Below are positions 51,841-61,275 of a stretch of 64,000 nt of DNA, in pieces. Numbering within the stretch: position 1 is the stretch's first letter; each line of letters begins with the position of its first letter. Made by a program: the position numbers and the translations under genes. This DNA is from an uncultured archaeon (GTDB lineage Archaea; Thermoplasmatota; Thermoplasmata; Thermoplasmatales; Thermoplasmataceae). A model generated the notes under the pieces. The model was given only the letters and a program-made list of their open reading frames with translations, did not search any database and had not been told where the DNA came from. The stretch spans positions 832,001 to 896,000 of the forward strand of contig CP009479.1 in assembly GCA_000965745.1 (NCBI GenBank), given 5' to 3'.

Positions 51841-54186
51841 ATGATAAACCAGATCGTTAAGAGGGACGGAACAGTTGTGCCGTTCGATAAGACAAAAATC
51901 ACCAGGGCTATCTACAAGGCGATGCTCTCGGTGAAAAATGGCACCATGAATGATGCCGAAAAAATAGCCGACAAAGTAGTCAAGGAACTGGAAAAGAAAA
52001 AGGGAACGCCAACAGTTGAACAGATTCAGGATCTGGTAGAAAGTACCCTGATGACCACCAAGATTAACAACCAGCCCTTCAAGAACGTTGCAAAGACATA
52101 CATCCTTTACAGAGAAAAGAGAAGAACAATAAGGGAAGAGAAGGAGAGACTGGGCGTAAAAGATGATCTCAAGCTTTCAATAAACGCTGTTAAGGTGCTT
52201 GAAGCAAGATATCTTCTTAAGGATGAAGAAGGTAAGATTATAGAAACACCACGCCAGATGTTCAGAAGAGTTGCAATGCATCTAGGAATAGTGGACTCCC
52301 TTTACGATTACAAGTCATTCCAGAAAACTGGAAACGTCAGAAAAGACGGCAAAAAACTCTCATATCTGTCAAATACTCAAATAGAGACCCTCAATCGGGC
52401 GTTCGACAGCATGGTGGAGGATGGAGACCTGACAGGTTCGTTCGAAGAGTTTCTGGATTTTGTATATACAAACTACACCACTGCAGAAGAAACGATCAAC
52501 GAATTCGAGGAGATGATGCAGAACCTTGAGTTTGTGCCAAACTCACCAACCATGATGAACGCAGGCGCTAGGCTTGGCCAGCTTTCAGCATGTTTTGTGC
52601 TTCCAGTTGGCGACAGCATAGAAGACATCTTCGATGCAGTCAAGTACACTGCCCAGATACACAAGTCCGGCGGTGGAACTGGGTTTGCCTTTTCGCGCCT
52701 TAGGGCAAAGGATGACCTAGTAGGATCAACAAAGGGGGTAGCCTCCGGTCCGGTCTCCTTCATGCAGATATTCGACAAAACCACTGATGTTATAAAGCAG
52801 GGTGGAAAGAGAAGGGGAGCAAACATGGGAATCCTGAGGTATGATCATCCTGACATAATGGATTTCATCATGAGCAAGGACAACCAGAACACCAAATTGG
52901 CCAACTTCAACATATCAGTCGGAATGGAAGACGAATTCTTCGAAAAACTTGATCAGGATGGTTATGTAGAGCTCAGAAACCCAAGGTCAAGGAAGGTAGT
53001 CAACAGGATCAAAGCCTCCACTATGTGGGATGCAATCGTCAACCAGGCATGGAAGACCGCAGACCCCGGGCTGATCTTTCTGGATGAAATAAACAGGAAG
53101 AACCCGGTAAGGCACATCGCAGATATAGAGGCAACCAACCCGTGCGGAGAACAGCCTCTTATGCCCTATGAATCCTGCAACCTGGGCTCAATAAACCTTG
53201 CAAAGTTTGTCAAGGACGGGGAAATTGACTATGAGAGATTGAGGAGGGTGATCAGGCTTTCAACAAGATTCCTCGATAATGTAGTAGATGCGAACAACTT
53301 CCCGGTCGATCAGATCAAAAAGATGACAAGGAGCACCAGAAAGATCGGCCTAGGTATAATGGGATTCGCAGACATGCTGATAAAACTCGGCGTGAGATAC
53401 AACAGCGGGGAAGCGCTCGAAATGGCCGAGAAGATTATGAACTTCCTTCAGGAGGAATCACACATGGAGTCTGAGAGGCTCGCTGAAGAGAGAGGCGTCT
53501 TCCCTGGCTGGTACGGCTCAACCTGGCAGGAGATGGGCGTGAAGATGAGAAACTCTACTACAACTACCATAGCTCCGACAGGAACAATCTCAATAATCGC
53601 AGGTTGCTCATCAAGCATAGAGCCTATCTTTGCAATAGCATTCATGAGGCATGTCTTGAACGGTCAGGAACTTATTGAGGTCAACCCGCTGTTTGAATCA
53701 TATCTCAGGGAAAGGAACCTTTACTCGGAAGACCTCATGCACGAAGTAGCCAAGACAGGCAACCTGCACAACGTTGAACTTCCGCAGGAAGTCAAGGAAC
53801 TCTTTGTCACATCACACGAGATAGAGCCGGAATGGCATGTTCTTATGCAGGCCACATTCCAGAGGTATTGTGACTCCGGTGTTTCAAAGACAATAAACCT
53901 TCCAGCAGAGGCATCTCCGGGAGATATCGCAAAAGCCTACAGGATGGCAAAGGATCTCCACTGCAAGGGAATTACGGTCTACAGGGACAGGAGCAAATCT
54001 GAACAGGTTCTATACTCCGGAACAGAAAGCAAGAAGACGGAGGATAAGAAAGAAAGGGTCAAGGACGCACCTTCACATGAAGAGGAGGATAAAGTCATAG
54101 AACTTATAACGAAGGTTCCTGACAAGTACCTGAAGGTTGATGCAACCTTCGATCCTGCCTGCCCCACTGGAAAGTGTGACAAGTAG
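51841..54186 (+). CDS. nrdJ: Class II (B12-dependent) ribonucleotide reductase with ATP cone
   Basis: VKRDG ATP cone, PNSPT, LSACFV, TNPCGEQ, IAPTGTIS, C-terminal CxxxxC. Confidence 0.95.
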   Translation: MINQIVKRDGTVVPFDKTKITRAIYKAMLSVKNGTMNDAEKIADKVVKELEKKKGTPTVEQIQDLVESTLMTTKINNQPFKNVAKTYILYREKRRTIREEKERLGVKDDLKLSINAVKVLEARYLLKDEEGKIIETPRQMFRRVAMHLGIVDSLYDYKSFQKTGNVRKDGKKLSYLSNTQIETLNRAFDSMVEDGDLTGSFEEFLDFVYTNYTTAEETINEFEEMMQNLEFVPNSPTMMNAGARLGQLSACFVLPVGDSIEDIFDAVKYTAQIHKSGGGTGFAFSRLRAKDDLVGSTKGVASGPVSFMQIFDKTTDVIKQGGKRRGANMGILRYDHPDIMDFIMSKDNQNTKLANFNISVGMEDEFFEKLDQDGYVELRNPRSRKVVNRIKASTMWDAIVNQAWKTADPGLIFLDEINRKNPVRHIADIEATNPCGEQPLMPYESCNLGSINLAKFVKDGEIDYERLRRVIRLSTRFLDNVVDANNFPVDQIKKMTRSTRKIGLGIMGFADMLIKLGVRYNSGEALEMAEKIMNFLQEESHMESERLAEERGVFPGWYGSTWQEMGVKMRNSTTTTIAPTGTISIIAGCSSSIEPIFAIAFMRHVLNGQELIEVNPLFESYLRERNLYSEDLMHEVAKTGNLHNVELPQEVKELFVTSHEIEPEWHVLMQATFQRYCDSGVSKTINLPAEASPGDIAKAYRMAKDLHCKGITVYRDRSKSEQVLYSGTESKKTEDKKERVKDAPSHEEEDKVIELITKVPDKYLKVDATFDPACPTGKCDK

Positions 54187-54252
54187 TCTGCCATAATCCC
54201 CCCTTTTCTTTTTTTTTGATTTTTCAATAGCAGGATAAGTATAATATCTGGT

Positions 54253-54696
54253 TTGCTCATGCTATCTGGTATGGCAGAAAGGTCCAATTTGATAAGTATG
54301 CTTATTATGATCCAATTCACACTTCTCATTGTGGAATTTCTCGTAGGAATGTACCTCAACCTGTTTCCCCAAATAAATTTCCCACTCTCCATGGGGTCAG
54401 GTTTCAGCTCAGTGATGCTTTCTCTTGCTCCACACATGGCAATAGGAATACTGCTTTTCGTCATTGGCCTAGTGATAGTGATAATATCCGTAAGGGGAAA
54501 GGACCAGAGAATAAGGACAAGTTCAATACTCGCACTGCTGTTCATTATTCTTGCAGGAGTGGCTGGCTATATGTTTGCATTCCAGTCCGGATCAGACCTC
54601 ATGTCTTTCTCAATGGCAACAGGATTCGTCCTTGCGCTGATAATTTACATGATCCCCGTATCAGTTCTGATGAGATCCACTGGTCAGGTAGCATAA
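54253..54696 (+). CDS. Four-TM hypothetical membrane protein
   Basis: Four hydrophobic segments; start uncertain. Confidence 0.7.
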   Translation: MLMLSGMAERSNLISMLIMIQFTLLIVEFLVGMYLNLFPQINFPLSMGSGFSSVMLSLAPHMAIGILLFVIGLVIVIISVRGKDQRIRTSSILALLFIILAGVAGYMFAFQSGSDLMSFSMATGFVLALIIYMIPVSVLMRSTGQVA

Positions 54697-54819
54697 CAGG
54701 GCATCAAGAAATATTAACGCAGTAGGAACAGATCATGGGATCAAAGTGGATTCGGTGAGAACATATCCGCCTGCGATACAGTAAATTAAATATTGTATCT
54801 ATTAATCCCTTTCAACAAA

Positions 54820-54904
54820 GCAGGGGTTGTCGAGATTGGTCAAAGGCGCTAGATTGAGGGTCTAGTCCCGTAGGGGTACGTGGGTTCAAATCCCATCCCC
54901 TGCA
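54820..54904 (+). tRNA. tRNA-Leu (anticodon GAG); probable integration site
   Basis: GCAGGGG/CCCCTGC acceptor stem, CTAGA-TTGAGGG-TCTAG anticodon arm, long variable arm, GGTTCAAATCC T-arm; TATA-like sequence upstream. Confidence 0.96.
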
Positions 54905-55166
54905 TACCTCCAAATGTTCAAAACACTACACCAGCAAACGATCCATTTTTGTAACTCTTTAAATACTAAGCGTAATTCATACTACTATATTCATATTTAA
55001 ACATCACTAATTGTGTTTTAAACACATACTCTTTGAGAAGGAATTGTCGGAATTGGCATAGGAAAATGGTTTCCCCATTCTATTAGGTTGAACCTTACAG
55101 CGGCATAGAAAATTCCAAATTTCCGCCTTGTAGAGAAAAATATTAACGAAGATTTAAATTATTGGG

Positions 55167-56237
55167 GTGCCTGTAATACGTAAGGATATGATCGAAGAAA
55201 GCAATCCAGCAGAGGATTCAATTCGACACTTTGCGGCCCAGGCATCTGCTTTTAAAAGTCACAAGAAAGCAAGGGACGCTGCATTTAAAGCTTGGAGAAC
55301 AATGAGAGCTAGAGAGCTTGAAATAGCTTCTAGGGGAGTTCCAAGGCTAGATAAATTCAACAAAGACGCATACCTAGTTCCAGAAGGCGTCAGCTTCTCG
55401 ACATACAGGACTTCTTCTCCTTTAGTTAAAACCTCAAAGCTAACGAGCAAGGAAAATGGCGGTGTTGGGAAGGAACTCTCAGACGGTTGGGTAGCAAATT
55501 ATGCTACAGGATGCACTCATGGATGCAAATTCTGCTACGTGGATGCAATCCATAAAAAATTTGGTCAGAAAAGGGTTGGCAGTATTGTGTATGATGACTG
55601 GGGAGATTACTTTGCTATCCCTTCCAATCTGGACGAGGTTATTGAAAATACTAAGTGGAAGAGGTGGAGCGGGACTGAAGTGATGCTTTCATCAACTCAT
55701 GACCCATATCTTCCTCAGGTTAACAAGTACACAAGAAAAATCCTCGAAAAGGCTCTTCCCGAAGGGGTAAAATTCTGCATACAAACGAGAAATCCACTTG
55801 TGGAGCGTGATATGGAGCTTATAAGTCAATACCGGGACCAAGTGAGACTTCAGGTGTCCATAGCATCAATGAATGAGGATCTCTCCAGAGCTATAGAACC
55901 AAGGGTAGTTAAACCAGAAAGAAGACTGCAAATCCTCGAAAAGGCTAGAGAACATGGGCTGAATACCGGAGTCATAATAGCTCCTGTATTCCCGGAACTA
56001 AAAATCAGACCACACGTTTATGCAGACATAAAAGCCATTGCCTCAAGACTAGAGACATTTAGGCCAGACCACATATATGGCGAATCACTGCATCTAAGGG
56101 GAATAAACATAGCATATGTTGAAGATGCACTTGGGCAAGCAGTGAATATCGATGGGTTTGACAAAAAGGCGGAAGAATGGTTCCACAAAGCCTTAAGTTG
56201 CTATAATCTGAAAGGAATTTGGTGGAAGGAGTTTTGA
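55167..56237 (+). CDS. Radical SAM protein, SPL/SplB-related
   Basis: NYATGCTHGCKFCY (CxxxCxxC), SSTHDPY, IQTR, IAPVFP. Confidence 0.85.
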   Translation: MPVIRKDMIEESNPAEDSIRHFAAQASAFKSHKKARDAAFKAWRTMRARELEIASRGVPRLDKFNKDAYLVPEGVSFSTYRTSSPLVKTSKLTSKENGGVGKELSDGWVANYATGCTHGCKFCYVDAIHKKFGQKRVGSIVYDDWGDYFAIPSNLDEVIENTKWKRWSGTEVMLSSTHDPYLPQVNKYTRKILEKALPEGVKFCIQTRNPLVERDMELISQYRDQVRLQVSIASMNEDLSRAIEPRVVKPERRLQILEKAREHGLNTGVIIAPVFPELKIRPHVYADIKAIASRLETFRPDHIYGESLHLRGINIAYVEDALGQAVNIDGFDKKAEEWFHKALSCYNLKGIWWKEF

Positions 56238-56244
56238 ACTATTC

Positions 56245-57255
56245 TTATTCAGTATCAAACTTCAGGGTCTGTTGTTCAAAACATTTGTTAAGGGCTGTCT
56301 CAGCATCTTGTCCAGTGACATTTTCAAGATGGTAGGCTATCCAGTTAACAGACTTGACCCAATCACTTCCGGTTAGTGTATTTCTCGTGTAATAACCTAA
56401 GTGATATACGGGTGTATTTTTACGGGAATAAATTGGGAAAGCTTGCCCCTTCTCTTTTCCTATGCTATCTTCGAATTGTTTGTTCAACAGGCTTCTATAG
56501 GTTCCCTTCGAGTTTAGGTCGTTCATTTCAACATCAAGTATTTCCTTCAACTCCTCTGGGGTTTTGCCCAAACTGGTGCATATTGCCTTTACATAACCTA
56601 GATTACCTTTCTTCAGGGCACCATAAACTCGTTCAGATCCAGAGCTAATATTCACTAGGTAATCAACCCCTAAGTATTTTGAAGATAGGTATCTGTAAGT
56701 TCTCCAGTCAGTTTCCATTCCTTCTTGGTCCCCAAGGGCAAAAATAAGTGGCTTTTCAAATTTTTCTTCTATCAATTTGACGGCTTCACCGATTTTTTTA
56801 TTACAGTTGCCCTCGATTACATGAAACTTATCTTGAAGCCCCATTTGACCAACCCTACTTTTCAAGAGGCGAGCTCTCTCTTCGTTGCTCTCAATAAATA
56901 TCGCCATGTCAAATTCTCTGTTTCCCTCTTGTTCCACGGTTGCCGCAAAAGGAGATCCCACAACAGCTCTAAGTTTGCTACCTCTCTTGCCTCTAGTGAC
57001 AGTAAGGCCACCTCCCGCGTACAGGTCAAGATAAATAGCTCCGTCATAATTTGCAGAAATAGCTTTTTCTCCCTTAGCTACCATCAGAAATCTGCTTGCA
57101 ATGCTCCTCACTGCAACCAGTTTAGACAGCGTATAGGGCTTATAACTCACATCGTGGCTCGATGGTTCAAACACTTTTGCTAGCCTGACAATAGTTTCTA
57201 TTCTGTCGCTTAAATATTTGATAGAGGCATCAATACTCGGTTTCCTGACTTCCAA
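56245..57255 (-). CDS. TcmP-like (three-Cys-motif partner) SAM-dependent methyltransferase-fold protein
   Basis: YLDLYAGGG, GSP, FIE..ER...L, GNCN, DQEG..W, PVYHL pattern. Confidence 0.7.
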   Translation of the reverse strand: MEVRKPSIDASIKYLSDRIETIVRLAKVFEPSSHDVSYKPYTLSKLVAVRSIASRFLMVAKGEKAISANYDGAIYLDLYAGGGLTVTRGKRGSKLRAVVGSPFAATVEQEGNREFDMAIFIESNEERARLLKSRVGQMGLQDKFHVIEGNCNKKIGEAVKLIEEKFEKPLIFALGDQEGMETDWRTYRYLSSKYLGVDYLVNISSGSERVYGALKKGNLGYVKAICTSLGKTPEELKEILDVEMNDLNSKGTYRSLLNKQFEDSIGKEKGQAFPIYSRKNTPVYHLGYYTRNTLTGSDWVKSVNWIAYHLENVTGQDAETALNKCFEQQTLKFDTE

Positions 57256-57387
57256 TTTAAAGATCAGTTTATATCATGAAACTGACCATAAAAAAATGTA
57301 TCGGTCAAGCAGCCCTTGAATATTTCTCAATAGACTTCTTAATTGATGACATGACTTCAGAGAAACAAGTGCTGCTTACTAAGAGTT

Positions 57388-57407
57388 TTTGATACCATAG
57401 TATCAAA
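57388..57407. promoter_or_regulatory. Palindromic operator-like site A
   Basis: TTTGATAC-CATA-GTATCAAA; related to site B at 63711. Confidence 0.5.
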
Positions 57408-57594
57408 TTTGTGGAGTTAGCGGAATACCATCTCTCCGAGAAACAGTTTTTTGTAGAGACTGACTGCTAACGATTATTAGCAGAGTAATCGCTTTGAAAA
57501 CCAGTATCAGAAAGGGTTTGCAGAGGGGGATAATGCCAGGGTATATTACCCCCTTTGACAATTATATAAGTAGAACACAGGAAGTGATGAGAAA

Positions 57595-57801
57595 ATGGTT
57601 GACAGAATAAGTGTAGCTTGCCATGATGACTTCTTGGAAAGTCTTGATAAGCTTTCAGAAAGGCTTACGCTCTCCAGAAGTGCAACGCTAAGGCTAGGAG
57701 TGTATGAGTTGGCTAAAAAGGAAGGTATGGGCCCTGGTGACGTTAACACCAGGAATCCCGTGGACAGTTCCCAGGAGTTGAACCAAGGAGAGTCCGTATG
57801 A
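57595..57801 (+). CDS. Ribbon-helix-helix (CopG-like) regulator
   Basis: RISVAC strand, LDKLSERL helix, SRSATLRLGV helix; TATA TTATATAA about 30 nt upstream. Confidence 0.75.
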   Translation: MVDRISVACHDDFLESLDKLSERLTLSRSATLRLGVYELAKKEGMGPGDVNTRNPVDSSQELNQGESV

Positions 57802-57932
57802 AAGATACAAACTTTGCTAATAAACATTCGCAATCAGACCGTAAAAATACAGGTTCTCCAGCTAACAATAGGGCTGAACGGATGAAAGAATACATGGATC
57901 TCCTGGACGAGCTCTTTGAGGGTGTTGAGTGA
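57798..57932 (+). CDS. 44-aa hypothetical protein
   Basis: ATGA overlap with RHH stop; GGAG SD; manual translation MKDTNF...MKEYMDLLDELFEGVE. Confidence 0.5.
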   Translation: MKDTNFANKHSQSDRKNTGSPANNRAERMKEYMDLLDELFEGVE

Positions 57933-57943
57933 GGAGGACCAAA

Positions 57944-60094
57944 ATGCAACCAAGTGGTTATTCTGCACTTTCAGTGGCCTTAAGTCCTGGTCAGATAGAT
58001 GAGTTTGAGAAACGCCTGCAGTTCCTCACAGAAGGTCGTTCAAAGAAATTCAGCGAGGTTTTGTCACAATATTCTGCGGTCGCAATCACTTTGCATCAGG
58101 CAAAGGAAATTGATCGCCTGAGAGGGATTCAAAGCAAACTGGTCAGGGTGTATGACATTTACAGCGGATATGACCAGCCCGACCCCGCTCCAGAGCTAGT
58201 TGAGGGATGGATGGAATCTGTAAGAGAGGAGGTCATCAATAAGAACGAAGTTGACCGTCAAAAGCTAGCCCAGGAAATAAACGAGGAATACGGGTTTGCC
58301 AATCTAAATGGTGTCGAGTTCCTTAGATACGATGATGCTGAAGGATATTGGAAGCCTGATGCTGAGTTGTTCATAGGGAAGATAGTCAGACATGTTCTGC
58401 CCGATGAGTCCACACAACATATTGTCAATGAGGTTTGCCATTGGATTAAGGACTATAGACTATTAGCAAACCCTTCTGAATTTGAGAAAGTCCCTGATGG
58501 GTTGATAAATATGCCAAGAGGTGTGTTCAACATCAGAACGGGAAAGCTGGAACCCCACAATCCAGACTACCACTTCAGATATGTGTTGCCTTTCAACTAC
58601 AATCACAGGGCCAGGAAGTCCAAGTTCATGAAGGTCCTTTCCGAGATTACTGAGGATGACCCCCGTAAAGCTGTTAGGGTTCTAGAGATGTTTGCATGGG
58701 TCCTCATTCCTGGATATCCCATACAGAAAGCTATTGCACTGTATGGGAACGGAAACAATGGAAAATCAGTGATTTTGGGAGTTCTGTCTGCATTTGTAGG
58801 CTCCCTAAATGTCTCTGGCGTCACTATGCAGCAGTTATGTGACAACAGATTTGCCGCAGCAAATCTTAGAGGGGCCCTTGCCAACATCTCAGGAGATGTC
58901 GGTGCAGGTGCATTACTGGACACCTCTCAGTTCAAGCAGGCAACGGGAGGGGACAGAATAGATGCGGAGAAGAAGGGCGTTCAGGAACCCTTACGGTTCT
59001 GGAACACAGCTAAGATGATCTTCTCCTTCAATACTCTTCCAAGAACCAGAGATACCACTAATGCGTATTTCAGGCGGTTTGAGTTAATTGAGTTGGTACA
59101 GGACTTTGAAGGCAGAGAGGACAAGAAGCTTCTGAGCAAGCTCACAACAGAGGATGAGTTGCAGTCCATATTCAACACAGTCAGTTCGGTATTCCTGCCA
59201 GCGCTCCTGGATAAGCTGGAGTTCGAGTTCGGAAAGAAGGCTGATGAAATCAGGACAAATTACGAATTGAATGCAAATTCCGCTCTTGCATTCATAGATG
59301 AAAGAATAGCGCCTAACAGCATTGGACAGATACTTTCCCAAGACCTATATGCCAAATATACTGAATGGTGCAAGGAAAAAGGAGTTGTTGCACTCTCAGA
59401 GGAATCCTTCGGAAGTGCACTCATCAAGCTGTCAGGCATAGAAGGGGTTTTTAAGTCTCGAAAGCAGGAGAACGGTGTCAGGAAAAACTACTACGTTGGA
59501 ATATCTTTGACAACACCTGAGAATGATTCTAACAAACCTAAAAACAAGGAAGAGACCCCGACCTATGGCACGTTTGAAGAGGCAGTATTAGACTATATTT
59601 CCAATCACTTCAAGGACCGGAGTGCCATAGGTGGCATAGTATCTGTACTCCCGGATGGTTTGGGAAACGGTACGAGAGTACAAAACCCATGCCACCTATG
59701 GCAGCAAAAGAGAACCATACTCTCAAAAGATGCCGTAATAGCATCTCCAGAGAAGTGCCATAGCTTATCGGTACCTATGGCAGAAGATGATTCCAAAGAC
59801 TGTGTCTCCCCATCTGAAGTTGACGACATCAGCGAAAGTAATGAAAACGAGGGAGTGCAGACAGATACTGAAAAATCACTGCTTGAAAGAGTTATCGACC
59901 TTCTTACTGATTGTACATACAACACCACAGAGAAATTCAGATCTGTTCAGTATCTTGCTGAAGCAGCAATAGACGGAGACATCACACATAGCACAATCTA
60001 CGAGGCTCTGGAGGAAGGGGTTAGCCGGGGACAGGTAGTCAAGAAGGGTGCAAAGTACGGATTCAAGTGTTACGTTGGAGGTGATTCAACATGA
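57944..60094 (+). CDS. D5/P4-type SF3 replicative helicase (D5_N + SF3 + wHTH)
   Basis: INMPRGVFNIRTG..PHNPD D5_N, Walker A GNGNNGKS, FKQATGGD, FSFNTLP, AYFRR, LYAKYTEWC; start moved to ATG 57944 behind GGAGG. Confidence 0.9.
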   Translation: MQPSGYSALSVALSPGQIDEFEKRLQFLTEGRSKKFSEVLSQYSAVAITLHQAKEIDRLRGIQSKLVRVYDIYSGYDQPDPAPELVEGWMESVREEVINKNEVDRQKLAQEINEEYGFANLNGVEFLRYDDAEGYWKPDAELFIGKIVRHVLPDESTQHIVNEVCHWIKDYRLLANPSEFEKVPDGLINMPRGVFNIRTGKLEPHNPDYHFRYVLPFNYNHRARKSKFMKVLSEITEDDPRKAVRVLEMFAWVLIPGYPIQKAIALYGNGNNGKSVILGVLSAFVGSLNVSGVTMQQLCDNRFAAANLRGALANISGDVGAGALLDTSQFKQATGGDRIDAEKKGVQEPLRFWNTAKMIFSFNTLPRTRDTTNAYFRRFELIELVQDFEGREDKKLLSKLTTEDELQSIFNTVSSVFLPALLDKLEFEFGKKADEIRTNYELNANSALAFIDERIAPNSIGQILSQDLYAKYTEWCKEKGVVALSEESFGSALIKLSGIEGVFKSRKQENGVRKNYYVGISLTTPENDSNKPKNKEETPTYGTFEEAVLDYISNHFKDRSAIGGIVSVLPDGLGNGTRVQNPCHLWQQKRTILSKDAVIASPEKCHSLSVPMAEDDSKDCVSPSEVDDISESNENEGVQTDTEKSLLERVIDLLTDCTYNTTEKFRSVQYLAEAAIDGDITHSTIYEALEEGVSRGQVVKKGAKYGFKCYVGGDST

Positions 60095-60282
60095 TCCCTT
60101 CACTTGAATCATTCGAGACCAAACAGCAGGACACCATGATACTGGTTGCCATTTCGCAGGACTTCAATGTTGCCTGGAAGGACCGGGACTGGTATCTGCA
60201 CGAACAGGGCCTCGTATATCTTGATGTGGAGCTCGCTGAAATGCTGATTCAGAGGGGCATTGCCAGGAGGGTGAGAAGATGA
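60091..60282 (+). CDS. Stand-alone GINS B-domain homolog
   Basis: 21/46 identical by hand alignment to the C-terminal domain of host GINS (13694-14353); ATGA overlap with helicase; GGAGGTGA SD. Confidence 0.8.
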   Translation: MIPSLESFETKQQDTMILVAISQDFNVAWKDRDWYLHEQGLVYLDVELAEMLIQRGIARRVRR

Positions 60283-60638
60283 AACGAGGACTGAATCCGG
60301 GGAAATCGCTCGCAGACAAGCTCCAGCTATTGCCCAAGAAGGTCCCCAGACTCATCCAGGAAAACCTGGATGGGATAGCATCTCCATACCTTGGAAATAT
60401 TGTGGTTATCTCTGACCAGGGGCAACAGGATGCACTGGGCAGTGAGATTATCAGTTTTCTTGAGGCCGAGGGGTTTGCTCTGGAGGCCGCACCCGTATAT
60501 GTGCGACACAAGGATCACATTGGAAAGGTCTGGAAGTTTTCGCTGGGGCTCTATGTCAGTCTGTTCTACCGCGTACAGGAAGCAAATAACATCTCAATCA
60601 CTGGAAGGATTGCAAGGGTCCAGGGGAGGTTCCCATGA
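60279..60638 (+). CDS. Hypothetical protein (element)
   Basis: ATGA-coupled, SD present. Confidence 0.65.
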   Translation: MKRGLNPGKSLADKLQLLPKKVPRLIQENLDGIASPYLGNIVVISDQGQQDALGSEIISFLEAEGFALEAAPVYVRHKDHIGKVWKFSLGLYVSLFYRVQEANNISITGRIARVQGRFP

Positions 60639-60838
60639 AATTCGGAAAATACTCTGTCTCGGAGGTTCAGAAATTCAAGGGCCAACTCGTGAAGGTCTAT
60701 TACTTCGATGTCAACAAGGGCCTGGTCACCCACGCTGGCGAAGTGCTGAATCGTTCATTCAAGTATCTGCCCGTAGAATCTCGGACCTGGAGGAAGAGGA
60801 TACCCCTGGAGCAAATCGTGGAGGTCCAGGAAATATGA
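60635..60838 (+). CDS. Small beta-rich hypothetical protein (element)
   Basis: ATGA-coupled, GGAGGT SD. Confidence 0.6.
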   Translation: MKFGKYSVSEVQKFKGQLVKVYYFDVNKGLVTHAGEVLNRSFKYLPVESRTWRKRIPLEQIVEVQEI

Positions 60839-60969
60839 CTCTCAGAAAGCTACTCATCAGAATATACGAGAACTATCTCTGGCTAGCATACTACAGGCTG
60901 AAATCACGCATTTTCGGGGAGCCTGAATACATATTTCTTGGGGAGGATGACAATGCAGATCGCCCGTGA
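60835..60969 (+). CDS. 44-aa hypothetical protein (element)
   Basis: ATGA overlap, GGAGGT SD; MTLRKLLIRIYENYLWLAYYRLKSRIFGEP... Confidence 0.5.
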   Translation: MTLRKLLIRIYENYLWLAYYRLKSRIFGEPEYIFLGEDDNADRP

Positions 60970-61213
60970 GGAAAGGGAAAGGGCCCGAATCCTTTGGCTG
61001 GTGAAAGAGTCAGAATGGCAATCGGCCAAGCATATAGCTGCGAGATACCAGGAACTGTATCACGAAGAGATGAGCGTCCAGAAAGTCAAGAATATCCTGC
61101 AGCTCTTCATAGATGAGGGTCTCATAAGAGCCAAATCAACAAGACAGCGGAATTTCGCCAGGAATGTCTATTCCAGGAATGAGCCAACACTTATAAGCGA
61201 GGAAAAACTATAA
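60953..61213 (+). CDS. Winged-helix DNA-binding protein
   Basis: RILWLVKE..SAKHIA..SVQKVKNILQLFIDEGLI..VY pattern; GGAGG SD. Confidence 0.72.
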   Translation: MQIAREERERARILWLVKESEWQSAKHIAARYQELYHEEMSVQKVKNILQLFIDEGLIRAKSTRQRNFARNVYSRNEPTLISEEKL

Positions 61214-61250
61214 TTTATTAGGTGTTGAACCAACCATTGTGAGGCAACTC

Positions 61251-61275
61251 TGGGGCAGAGTCAACCACTGCCCCA
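61251..61275. other. GC-rich hairpin between replication and structural operons
   Basis: TGGGGCAG/CTGCCCCA 8-bp perfect stem followed by T-rich sequence. Confidence 0.45.

Noticed and set aside
60391-60834. 192-aa ORF 60391-60969 as one gene
   Set aside because: It overlaps two SD-bearing coupled ORFs; only its last 44 codons from ATG 60835 look real
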